DNA from: Bacteroidota bacterium
GTDB taxonomy: Bacteria; Bacteroidota; Bacteroidia; Cytophagales; ES-bin-26
Direction of reading: 5' to 3'
DNA length: 64,000 bases
Assembly (NCBI GenBank): GCA_040385915.1
Contig: JAZKGK010000011.1
Coordinates: forward strand, 555 to 64,554
Part shown: in pieces, positions 41,487 through 49,962 of the stretch
Layout: every line of letters begins with the position of its first letter
Numbering within the stretch: the first letter of the stretch is position 1
Position numbers and translations under genes: made by a program
The notes under the pieces: model-generated
What the model saw: the letters and a program-made list of their open reading frames with translations, nothing else
What the model was told of the DNA's origin: nothing
Databases searched by the model: none

Positions 41487-42674
41487 TTAGCTAATAATCT
41501 CAGTCACCTGGCCAGCACCTACTGTTCTTCCACCCTCACGGATAGCAAAACGCAAACCTTTTTCCATAGCAACAGTATTCAATAATCTTACAGTAATTGT
41601 GATGTTATCACCAGGCATTACCATTTCTACCCCTTCAGGCAGCATGATTTCACCAGTTACATCAGTAGTACGCAAATAGAACTGAGGGCGATATCTATTA
41701 AAGAATGGTGTATGACGACCACCTTCTTCTTTTGACAAGATATATACTTCAGCCTTGAACTCACTGTGAGGTTTCACAGAGCCGGGCTTACAGATTACCA
41801 TACCACGACGGATATCAGTCTTTTCAATACCTCTCAGTAGCAGACCTACGTTATCACCAGCCTCACCACGGTCAAGGATTTTGCGGAACATTTCCACACC
41901 CGTTACAACCGATTTAAGGTTTTCAGCACCCATACCAAGGATTTCAACTTGCTCACCAGAGTTGATAATACCTCTTTCAATCCGGCCTGTAGCTACAGTA
42001 CCACGACCAGTGATAGAGAATACGTCTTCTACTGGCATCAAGAAAGGAAGTTCAGTCAGACGCTTTGGAATCGGAATCCAGCTATCTACAGCTTCCATCA
42101 ATTGTTCAATAGTAGCAACCCACTTAGGATCTCCATTCAGACCACCTAAAGCAGAACCTTGAATTACTGGAATGTTATCACCATCGAATTCATAGAAACT
42201 CAATAATTCACGAATTTCCATTTCTACCAGTTCTAACAATTCTGGATCATCTACCATGTCCACTTTGTTCATGAACACTACCAGTTGAGGAACACCTACT
42301 TGACGAGCCAAAAGAATGTGCTCACGTGTCTGAGGCATAGGGCCGTCAGTAGCAGCTACAACCAAGATAGCACCGTCCATTTGGGCAGCACCCGTAACCA
42401 TGTTCTTCACATAATCAGCGTGACCAGGACAGTCAACGTGAGCATAGTGACGAGCAACAGTTGAATATTCTACGTGAGAAGTATTAATAGTAATACCTCT
42501 TTCTTTTTCTTCAGGAGCATTGTCAATCTGAGAAAAATCTCTCTTCTCAGCTAAGCCCTTCTCTGACAAAACCTTAGTAATTGCAGCAGTGAGGGTAGTC
42601 TTACCGTGGTCAACGTGACCGATGGTGCCAATATTCACGTGAGGTTTGGAGCGGTCAAAATTCTCTTTAGCCAT
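41487..42674 (-). CDS. tuf: elongation factor Tu
   Basis: [36 protein letters not shown]...; 395 aa. Confidence 0.99.
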   Translation of the reverse strand: MAKENFDRSKPHVNIGTIGHVDHGKTTLTAAITKVLSEKGLAEKRDFSQIDNAPEEKERGITINTSHVEYSTVARHYAHVDCPGHADYVKNMVTGAAQMDGAILVVAATDGPMPQTREHILLARQVGVPQLVVFMNKVDMVDDPELLELVEMEIRELLSFYEFDGDNIPVIQGSALGGLNGDPKWVATIEQLMEAVDSWIPIPKRLTELPFLMPVEDVFSITGRGTVATGRIERGIINSGEQVEILGMGAENLKSVVTGVEMFRKILDRGEAGDNVGLLLRGIEKTDIRRGMVICKPGSVKPHSEFKAEVYILSKEEGGRHTPFFNRYRPQFYLRTTDVTGEIMLPEGVEMVMPGDNITITVRLLNTVAMEKGLRFAIREGGRTVGAGQVTEIIS

Positions 42675-42748
42675 GTTTGAAAATTCTCAGTTTTAAGTTG
42701 GAATGGTTAATGTAATAAAATAATAAACTAGAAGCCGTTGATGCTTAG

Positions 42749-42820
<72 letters not shown>

Positions 42821-42826
42821 AAAATT

Positions 42827-42890
42827 AGCTGTTAGCAGTCAGTAATCAGTTAACTTAAAAAGCTAAACTAATTACTGACTGCTAACAGCT
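42827..42890. repeat. 20-bp perfect hairpin in the tRNA-Gly/tRNA-Thr spacer
   Basis: AGCTGTTAGCAGTCAGTAAT (42827-42846) and ATTACTGACTGCTAACAGCT (42871-42890) are exact reverse complements, separated by a 24-nt A/T-rich loop. Confidence 0.85.
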
Positions 42891-42897
42891 AGACCAG

Positions 42898-42970
42898 AGC
42901 GGGAGACGAGGTTCGAACCCGCGACCTACAGCTTGGAAGGCTGTCGCTCTACCAGCTGAGCTACTCCCGC
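42898..42970 (-). tRNA. tRNA-Gly (anticodon TCC)
   Basis: The minus strand reads GCGGGAGTAGCTCAGCTGGTAGAGCGACAGCCTTCCAAGCTGTAGGTCGCGGGTTCGAACCTCGTCTCCCGCT. Confidence 0.93.
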
Positions 42971-43014
42971 GTTTTCAATTAACAACAAAAGCAATCTATA
43001 CTGTTCGTTTTAAT

Positions 43015-43100
43015 TGGTGGGGAGAGGAGGATTCGAACCTCCGAAGTCTGACGACAGCAGATTTACAGTCTGATCCATTTGGCCACTCTGGAATCTCCCC
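43015..43100 (-). tRNA. tRNA-Tyr (anticodon GTA), long variable arm, CCA encoded
   Basis: The minus strand reads GGGGAGATTCCAGAGTGGCCAAATGGATCAGACTGTAAATCTGCTGTCGTCAGACTTCGGAGGTTCGAATCCTCCTCTCCCCACCA. Confidence 0.93.
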
Positions 43101-43172
43101 GAACAATAAAAAAAAGAGCTACTTAAATAACAAGCCCCGCTTACAAAGGGTTATGTTTCGTTTAAGGAGTTG

Positions 43173-43201
43173 CAAAATTAGGTGTTTTTTCGTTAAGTCA
43201 A
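43173..43201 (-). promoter_or_regulatory. candidate promoter of the tRNA-Tyr-Gly-Thr-tuf unit
   Basis: The minus strand reads TTG-N18-TAATTTTG (the -7 box is at 43173-43180), about 70 nt upstream of tRNA-Tyr. Confidence 0.5.
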
Positions 43202-43275
43202 ATGATTGCAGAAAAAATATTTTTATAAACTTCTTTCTTTTGTCTTTTCAAGCCTGCATTTACGTCTTTTAAAAT

Positions 43276-43308
43276 AAACCCTACCGAACTTATTGCTCGG
43301 CAGGGTTT
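43276..43308 (-). terminator. hairpin terminator after the OMP gene
   Basis: The minus strand reads AAACCCTGCCGA-N9-TCGGTAGGGTTT (12 bp including one G-U) followed by ATTTTAAAAG. Confidence 0.55.
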
Positions 43309-43329
43309 AATACTTAGACTATTTTGTAA

Positions 43330-44388
43330 TTAAAAAGTAAAGAAAGAAAGTCCGAAGCTAAGAACGTGAAAATCAGGCCCTCTCTCCGTATTAAAGAGAG
43401 GATTAAGGTCATATTTGGCAAAAATACATAAACCATTGACGCCAATCTGTGCCATCAGGCCATAACGAAAATCGTTCAGGTAGAAACTGCCATATTCCTT
43501 CACTTCGCCTTTTGTACCGTTGTCTTCGTACTTCAATTTAGTATGACTGCCCAAACGCACTCCAGCATAGCCACCTGCACCTATCCGGAAAATCTGTCGC
43601 CCATGTTTATTTCGAAACTGAAGTGTAGGAACCACGGGAATACTAAGATACGGAACGACTAGCTTACTTTTTTCTACACTAACAGTCGTGCTTGTGTTAT
43701 TCACGTATTCAGGAAAAGTAATTCCGCTTGGGGTTTGCTTGACATAATTATTCCCTTCGAGCATAAGGTTGTTCCAGGCCACTTCTATTCCCGTCCGGAC
43801 ATAAAAAGGGCTTTTCCTACCGCCAATTCTTTGGCTGTGCATAATACTAAGAGCGATATAACGAGAGCGTAAAGGAGATAAGCCATAATCAGAATTGTAA
43901 CGGGAAGGTATTTTTCCATTCTCCATATAGGTATTGAACCCTAGGTCTATAGCAAATTCGGTACGGTTATGATGCCAATGATGATGGTCTTTTTGATGGT
44001 TATTATCATTATTTGAATCCTCTTTTTTGCTGGTTAGCGTTGAATCCTGCTCTGCCTTTGTTTCGGTTCGTGGTTCTGTCTTTTCCTTCATTACCAGCGT
44101 GGTATCTTTCAGATAGCGCTTACCTGTAGTCTCGTTTATATAAAGATAGGTTTCCTTATCCTTGGCATTTTCTGTAAAAATCCCAACATCCTTCAGGATT
44201 TCGTTGAAATCGTACTTCTGCAAGTGTTGTACACCTCCCTTTTCTTCGGACACAATAATCATTCGGGTTTTGTTTCCAAAGGTGACAACAACTGAATCTT
44301 TAGCCAAGGATTTATTAGGAGTAATCTGGCCATATCCTCCCTGTATCAGCCCCAATAGACCGATAACTAGCATATACATTCTTTTCAT
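43330..44388 (-). CDS. outer-membrane beta-barrel protein (PorT/OMP_b-brl-like C-terminal half) with His-rich linker
   Basis: Signal peptide MKRMYMLVIGLLGLIQGGYGQ, the linker HQKDHHHWHH, alternating beta-strand pattern in the C-terminal half, and a terminal ...LSFGLSFFTF (C-terminal Phe). Confidence 0.7.
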   Translation of the reverse strand: MKRMYMLVIGLLGLIQGGYGQITPNKSLAKDSVVVTFGNKTRMIIVSEEKGGVQHLQKYDFNEILKDVGIFTENAKDKETYLYINETTGKRYLKDTTLVMKEKTEPRTETKAEQDSTLTSKKEDSNNDNNHQKDHHHWHHNRTEFAIDLGFNTYMENGKIPSRYNSDYGLSPLRSRYIALSIMHSQRIGGRKSPFYVRTGIEVAWNNLMLEGNNYVKQTPSGITFPEYVNNTSTTVSVEKSKLVVPYLSIPVVPTLQFRNKHGRQIFRIGAGGYAGVRLGSHTKLKYEDNGTKGEVKEYGSFYLNDFRYGLMAQIGVNGLCIFAKYDLNPLFNTERGPDFHVLSFGLSFFTF

Positions 44389-44419
44389 GGGGTTTATTTT
44401 AACAGAGTAATTGAATTAT

Positions 44420-45199
44420 TTATTTAGAGGTCTTTTCATGCTCGCGGTTAGGTCTAACCAAAGCCAAAAAGTTTTCAGGATGAAGTCCTATTTCATTCCA
44501 ATCAATCTTTTCACCGTTTTTTACATTCTTAAATTGTTGCAACAAACGTCCTGCTTTGGTTTTCTTTTTTTCATGGTCATTTTGGGGTTCATTTACCAAT
44601 AGAGGCTCTTGCGATTCGTTTGGTGTGACAGAGGCTTCTACCTCTTCTACTTCAGCTATATTAATGACTACAACTGTCGTATTGGTAGGATGTTCTATCG
44701 ATTCTGGTAATATAACCTCCTGTATTGGCATTGATAGTATAGGAGCCTCGTCCTGCACGTGAATAACCGGAGCCTGGTGCTTGATAGCTTTTAATTTCTG
44801 AGGGGCTTTTGCCAGAGTTAATGAAGAGCGAGCTGGCTTCTTTTCAACTGCTATAGATTTTTCTGGCAGACTTGGCTGGGCTTTTGGTACAACTCTTTCT
44901 ACAACTCTCTGCTTAAATTTATATGCTTTGTATTTTATAGCGGCTCCCTCTTTTACAGTACTTATTCCTGCAAATCCCATATCTGAGCTACTTTCCCCCA
45001 AGTGTTGCCATACCACAATTCCAGATAATAGCAGTATTACCAATGAGGCAGCAATGGTAGAAAACCAAATAGCTACTCTTCTCTGCTTTGCCTGCTTTCT
45101 TTTTTGTAGCTGCTTCCACAGAGACGCATTTGGTGCTTTTTCAAAGTCACTTAGTTTGTTAGAAAAAAGTTGGTCTATCGAATTATCTTCCATTTCCAT
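44420..45199 (-). CDS. putative single-pass anti-sigma factor
   Basis: The start overlaps the sigma-factor stop by 17 nt. There is one TM helix (VAIWFSTIAASLVILLLSGIVVW) after a short cytoplasmic N-terminus. No ZAS motif was seen. Confidence 0.6.
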   Translation of the reverse strand: MEMEDNSIDQLFSNKLSDFEKAPNASLWKQLQKRKQAKQRRVAIWFSTIAASLVILLLSGIVVWQHLGESSSDMGFAGISTVKEGAAIKYKAYKFKQRVVERVVPKAQPSLPEKSIAVEKKPARSSLTLAKAPQKLKAIKHQAPVIHVQDEAPILSMPIQEVILPESIEHPTNTTVVVINIAEVEEVEASVTPNESQEPLLVNEPQNDHEKKKTKAGRLLQQFKNVKNGEKIDWNEIGLHPENFLALVRPNREHEKTSK

Positions 45200-45770
45200 A
45201 ATGCGTTATTTTGGTTTCGCTTTCACTTTCCGCTAAATACTGTTGCAATAGTGCCCTTGCCCTGCACAACTGTGATTTAGAAGTACTTTCACTAATGTGA
45301 AGCAGATTGGCAATTTCTTTGTGTGAATAACCTTCGATGGCATATAAGTTAAATACTGTTTTATATCCTGGAGGCAATTGCTGAATCATTATGAGCAAAT
45401 CTTCTGCTTCTAAGTGACTGTTCGGGCTTTGAAAATCGGGCTCGTAATCTGCTTTTTCTAAATCAGTTTCCAGGTAGATGCTTTTATTTTTTCTTAGGTA
45501 GCTTAACGCCTGATTTACCATAATTTTCCTAATCCAACCTTCAAAACTACCCTCTCCCTTAAATTGCCCTACTTTGTCAAATACTTTCAAAAATCCACTA
45601 ATCAAAATTTCTTCGGCCTCGAAAGAATCGTTCGCATAACGTAGACAAACGCCTAGCATCTTACGGGCATACTTTTCGTATACCTGCCGCTGAGCAGTTG
45701 CCTCGCCTTTCTGGCAAGCCCTTATCCATTTTTCTTCCTGTTGTTGATAAGGTAAAATTTTAAAATTCAT
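45183..45770 (-). CDS. ECF (sigma-70 group 4) RNA polymerase sigma factor
   Basis: ORF 45183..45803 trimmed to MNFKILPYQQQEEKWIRACQKGEATAQRQVYEKYARKM. Region 2 (FEGWIRKIMVNQALSYLRK) and region 4 HTH (YSHKEIANLLHISESTSKSQLCRARALL) are present. Confidence 0.9.
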   Translation of the reverse strand: MNFKILPYQQQEEKWIRACQKGEATAQRQVYEKYARKMLGVCLRYANDSFEAEEILISGFLKVFDKVGQFKGEGSFEGWIRKIMVNQALSYLRKNKSIYLETDLEKADYEPDFQSPNSHLEAEDLLIMIQQLPPGYKTVFNLYAIEGYSHKEIANLLHISESTSKSQLCRARALLQQYLAESESETKITHYGNGR

Positions 45771-45830
45771 TGGTGCCGAAGTGATTCTGATACCAAGATG
45801 CATAGAAACTTCAAAAGGTTGCGTGGCATT

Positions 45831-45900
45831 AAAAAAAATACCATCTTCTTATACTGAGAATCCTTTTGGGATACTATCAGTTCAAGAAGATGGTATTTTT
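45831..45900 (-). terminator. long hairpin terminator after the T9SS cargo gene
   Basis: AAAAATACCATCTTCTT (45834-45850) and AAGAAGATGGTATTTTT (45884-45900) form 17-bp perfect arms around a 33-nt loop, with extra A/T runs on both flanks. Confidence 0.65.
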
Positions 45901-45932
45901 ATAGCGAAAGACAGCCCTAACTCAGCTTGTGA

Positions 45933-48872
45933 CTACTTAAGGATTTGCACCCAGCCTTTAATCGTCTGCCATTCGTCTTGTCGCCGCAGGCGTTGAAATT
46001 TCACTTTGGCGATGTAGTAGTACACCCAAGAAGCTAACTCTTTCCCTTGCGTATCTGCGTCTGAGCCTAGCCGGCCATCCCAGTTAATCATAATATTACG
46101 ATCGCTTTCAAAGACTTTTCTTCCCCAACGATTATAGACGACAAAGTTGACCGACTCCACAAACTGTGGACAATGGAAAGGCTCAAACTTATCATTTTGT
46201 CCATCCCCATTAGGCGTAAATACATTGGGCAACTCATAATAAGGACAATTGTCTTTACAAACAATCTTGCTGGGCAAGCTTTCATTGCCTGAGCGAGACA
46301 CAGCCGTTACATAATAACAGCCCGCATAAGAAGATATATCCTTATGGGTAAAGGCCATTTCTGGTGCTGGAATAGTACTCAGCAAGTTGAACGCCTCACC
46401 TTCATAGCGCGTATAGTAAAGGTTATACTTTACTGCTTCTTTACACTTGATACCCTGCGCATCCTGGGTAGGATAAGTCCAGGTTAGCTGGTTAGCATAA
46501 GGGCCATTACAATCCGTTGGTCGTACCTCTTTCTGTACATAGTAATCAATGCATTCAGAATCATCTATAGTAAGCACTGGTATACATGGCCGAACAGTAT
46601 CACGGGGAGAAGCGCAAATTTCTTGTGAATCATTTAATAACAGGTTTGGCTTAATGAGTGGATTCCCATACGTTCCAACAGTTGTCACTTTGTAACAATA
46701 GACCGAATCAGCACTTAGCGCAAAGGATTCGATTCCATCTGCCTGAAAGCGATCAATTCCATCATCCCGATACTGAAAAGTGGCAGATCCCAGCACTGGC
46801 ACCTGTGCAATAATATTAAACACGCCTGGCTGATTGCGTCTTTCGCGATAAACAATGTGCGTTTGATTATCATTAGACCAAGGCACATGAGCCTGCCAGC
46901 TTAAATTAACCGCATTGACCACTGGTAGGGAATCTAACCGAACGCTACTGGCTGCGTTGGAGCTATCTGGTTTTACTTGATTAGGAGTCGAAGTAAATTC
47001 CAAGCGATAACGATATGATAAGTCCCTTGTATTCAAAAGACTATCCTTAAAACTTGTTATACCACTAGCAAATTCGCTAAAAGTAGTGGTGAAAACAGGC
47101 GTAAAATTAGTACCGCTTTGCCCAATAGCGCGAGAAAGCCGATAGGTATAGGGTCCGGGATTTGTGGTGAGATCTAAATCTAAGGGGCGTAACCATTTCA
47201 CAGTAATTTTGCCATTGTTTGGTCCGCCTGCTTTATTGGTTACCTCTACCGTCACGTGCGTAATAACCGGTACCACAATAGGAAAAGATACGCAAACCTC
47301 ATCCGAAGCTAGACTAGCGCCACCCGAAGGCGGGGCAAAACCCACTGAAATTCGGTAACTATAGGTTACTCCCGGATCCAACCCTAGCCCTCTGTTGGTA
47401 TCAGTAAAAGTAGTATCTGAAACGGGAATGGGTTGATCATTAACGATTACATAGCCACTAGAAGGAGACAAGCCTGTTTCACATGGGCCAGGCTCGTAAC
47501 CGCAACCCACCTTTCGCCAGATGAAAATTTGTGCCCCCGGCAATTGACATGAATAACTTTTCCAGGTAAGCGTCACCGATTTTGTTCCCGCATTGGGAAC
47601 ACCCTTGAGAGTTTCGGGTTTTGGGCCGACGACCGTAATTCGCCAAGTTTTTAAGTCAGTCAGTTTATTAACTGTTTTGCTGCTGCCCACAGGCGGCGGA
47701 TTGTCTTCGGCCTTGAAAAGGATACTATAAGGCTGTTGCCGAATATGGTTGCAGGAAGTCTGCCAGTTAAAACGACCTGAAGCTGGATTGGGAGTACTGG
47801 GCTGAGGTTGTGGTAGTACACTCGGAGTAAACGTAGCCAAGGGCAAAGGGAAATCGGGCCCATACACCCCACTGGAAGTAGTATCTGAGGTTATGGTAAT
47901 AGGGTTATTATCCGGGTCAGTTGCCGTAATCAGTACATTTTGAAATTTATATCCAGCGGCCACACAGGTATCATTAGGAATGATGAGTTGAGGTCTTTTA
48001 TCATTACAATCCTTGACAATAATCTGCATATCGCGGATAATCTCACTAATGGCGATCCCATTGCGCCATTCTACTACTGTAAATGCTACGTTATACTCCC
48101 CTGGCTTGGCCGGAGCATCCCAAATCAAATCGCCTTTCGTCGCATTAATACTAAAGGAAGCGGGGGCATTTTTGGCTTCGTTTTGCCCTCCGATAAAAGT
48201 AGGCCCATTAGCCGGATCTTGGTAACCTGGTATTAAGATGCCCGTTCCCGTTCTATCATCACTTAAAACCTCGCGTGGCTGAGTAAGTCGGTAACTAATG
48301 CTGTCGCCATCCTTGTCCCAAGCAGCAGGGTTATGAATAAAGCGTTGTCCAACGCAAGCCTGATCTAGTGGTGGGTTTTTGAGAATAGGTGTCTGGTTAA
48401 AACCTAGTTGCTGGTTAATTAGAATAGTAGTGGCCACAAAAAAACTAATGTCACTAGAGTTATTCCCAAGGTTTATTACCCCGGCATTCCGATTCTGAAT
48501 CCCTACCCGAATAGAATAGACCCCATTACCCGAAAACACGTGATCAGTTTTGTAATAATTGACACTGGTCTCCGATGTACCAATTCTGGTACCATTTCCA
48601 TTATCCCGGCTAGCAGGCGTGCCAGTTTGTCCGGCGAGCTCATCTCCAAAATAAAAAACTACTTCATCTTGGGCATCATTTGCTTGTACCCCACCTACAT
48701 TGTCGGTATATGTAGTTAATGTAAAATAATACTTGAACGGATTTAGTGAGTCTCGAACTGCTATAATCTCTCCTGCCCGTAAGTGGGTAGCTTTTGCTTC
48801 TGTACTCAACCACACGCTAGCAAGTAGTGTGGCCGTGATTATATATAGATATCTCATATCATATAGCCGCAT
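45933..48872 (-). CDS. large secreted protein with T9SS type-B (CHU_C / gliding-motility-associated) C-terminal sorting domain
   Basis: Signal peptide (MRYLYIITATLLASVWLSTEAKA) and an N-terminal THLRAGEI motif. The C-terminus reads ...YELPNVFTPNGDGQNDKFEPF...VVYNRWGRKVFES...WDG.... Confidence 0.85.
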   Translation of the reverse strand: MRLYDMRYLYIITATLLASVWLSTEAKATHLRAGEIIAVRDSLNPFKYYFTLTTYTDNVGGVQANDAQDEVVFYFGDELAGQTGTPASRDNGNGTRIGTSETSVNYYKTDHVFSGNGVYSIRVGIQNRNAGVINLGNNSSDISFFVATTILINQQLGFNQTPILKNPPLDQACVGQRFIHNPAAWDKDGDSISYRLTQPREVLSDDRTGTGILIPGYQDPANGPTFIGGQNEAKNAPASFSINATKGDLIWDAPAKPGEYNVAFTVVEWRNGIAISEIIRDMQIIVKDCNDKRPQLIIPNDTCVAAGYKFQNVLITATDPDNNPITITSDTTSSGVYGPDFPLPLATFTPSVLPQPQPSTPNPASGRFNWQTSCNHIRQQPYSILFKAEDNPPPVGSSKTVNKLTDLKTWRITVVGPKPETLKGVPNAGTKSVTLTWKSYSCQLPGAQIFIWRKVGCGYEPGPCETGLSPSSGYVIVNDQPIPVSDTTFTDTNRGLGLDPGVTYSYRISVGFAPPSGGASLASDEVCVSFPIVVPVITHVTVEVTNKAGGPNNGKITVKWLRPLDLDLTTNPGPYTYRLSRAIGQSGTNFTPVFTTTFSEFASGITSFKDSLLNTRDLSYRYRLEFTSTPNQVKPDSSNAASSVRLDSLPVVNAVNLSWQAHVPWSNDNQTHIVYRERRNQPGVFNIIAQVPVLGSATFQYRDDGIDRFQADGIESFALSADSVYCYKVTTVGTYGNPLIKPNLLLNDSQEICASPRDTVRPCIPVLTIDDSECIDYYVQKEVRPTDCNGPYANQLTWTYPTQDAQGIKCKEAVKYNLYYTRYEGEAFNLLSTIPAPEMAFTHKDISSYAGCYYVTAVSRSGNESLPSKIVCKDNCPYYELPNVFTPNGDGQNDKFEPFHCPQFVESVNFVVYNRWGRKVFESDRNIMINWDGRLGSDADTQGKELASWVYYYIAKVKFQRLRRQDEWQTIKGWVQILK

Positions 48873-49056
48873 AAATTCAATTGCATTAGTTAATGAATTA
48901 ACAATATTAGCATAGTAATTTAATGATTATACAACCTTAAACAAAAAAACATATCAGTGTGTTATACATTCGACTATTACGAAACGGATAACCAAAACAA
49001 ACATTGTTCAACATAAAAGGATACAATTTAGAATTACTTAAAATAAGTCGGTCAAT

Positions 49057-49087
49057 TTGTTTGATAATATACCTGGGCCTATCTTTG
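49057..49087 (+). promoter_or_regulatory. candidate promoter for sdhCAB
   Basis: TTG-N20-TATCTTTG (the -7 box is at 49080-49087), about 170 nt upstream of the sdhC ATG. Confidence 0.4.
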
Positions 49088-49256
49088 AACGGTTCGTTCG
49101 GAAAGCTTTCAAATTCCCTTTTTTTCAGGTAAACTAGCCTTTGTAAAGAATTTATTTCCAGGCTATAATAGCTTAGCTTCTAGTTAAAAAAAGCGAGATG
49201 TCTAAATTTTAAGTTAAACAATTTTCATCTAACCTTATCAATTTTACACTTTTAAA

Positions 49257-49943
49257 ATGAGTTGGATTACACAAACCTTAACAAGCACGATTGGGCGCAA
49301 AGTGTTGATGGCGCTAACCGGCTTTTTCCTCATCTTATTTTTGGTTGTTCACCTTATAGGAAATCTGCAATTGCTACAAAATGATGGTGGGGAAGCTTTT
49401 AATAAATATGCTCACTTCATGGGTATTAATCCTCTGATTCAAACGATTTCTATCGTTAACTTCTTTCTCATCTTACTTCACATTGTTGTGAGTGTATTAT
49501 TGACTAACCGAAACCGCAAAGCTCGCCCAACTGGCTATGCTTACAACAAACCCTCAGAAAATAGCTCTTTGTCTTCGCGTAACATGGGAATCTTAGGAAC
49601 AGTCATTCTAATTTTCCTGGTAATTCACCTGAAGGGGCTTTGGTACCGTTCTAAGTTTGGCATTATGCCCATGACATCTTACGGAGGCGAAGAGTATAAA
49701 GATTTATACGAGATAACTTACCAGGCTTTTAGTCAAAGCTGGCTCGTAGCTATATATGTTATTTCCATGGGCTTTCTGGCCTTTCACTTATCTCATGGTT
49801 TTCAAAGTGCCTTTCAAACACTTGGGTTAAAGCATCCGAAATACACGCCTGTGATTAAGAACATTGGTCTTGCCTTTTCTATTATCATCCCAGCGGCATT
49901 TGCAGCCATTCCATTGGTCATATTCTTCAAGCAAACTCTATAG
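49257..49943 (+). CDS. sdhC: succinate dehydrogenase/fumarate reductase cytochrome b subunit (b558 family)
   Basis: Five-TM protein (MSWITQTLTSTIGRKVLMALTGFFLILFLVVHLIGNLQLL) immediately upstream of sdhA. Confidence 0.9.
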   Translation: MSWITQTLTSTIGRKVLMALTGFFLILFLVVHLIGNLQLLQNDGGEAFNKYAHFMGINPLIQTISIVNFFLILLHIVVSVLLTNRNRKARPTGYAYNKPSENSSLSSRNMGILGTVILIFLVIHLKGLWYRSKFGIMPMTSYGGEEYKDLYEITYQAFSQSWLVAIYVISMGFLAFHLSHGFQSAFQTLGLKHPKYTPVIKNIGLAFSIIIPAAFAAIPLVIFFKQTL

Positions 49944-49962
49944 GTTATTTCCTGATTAGCGT

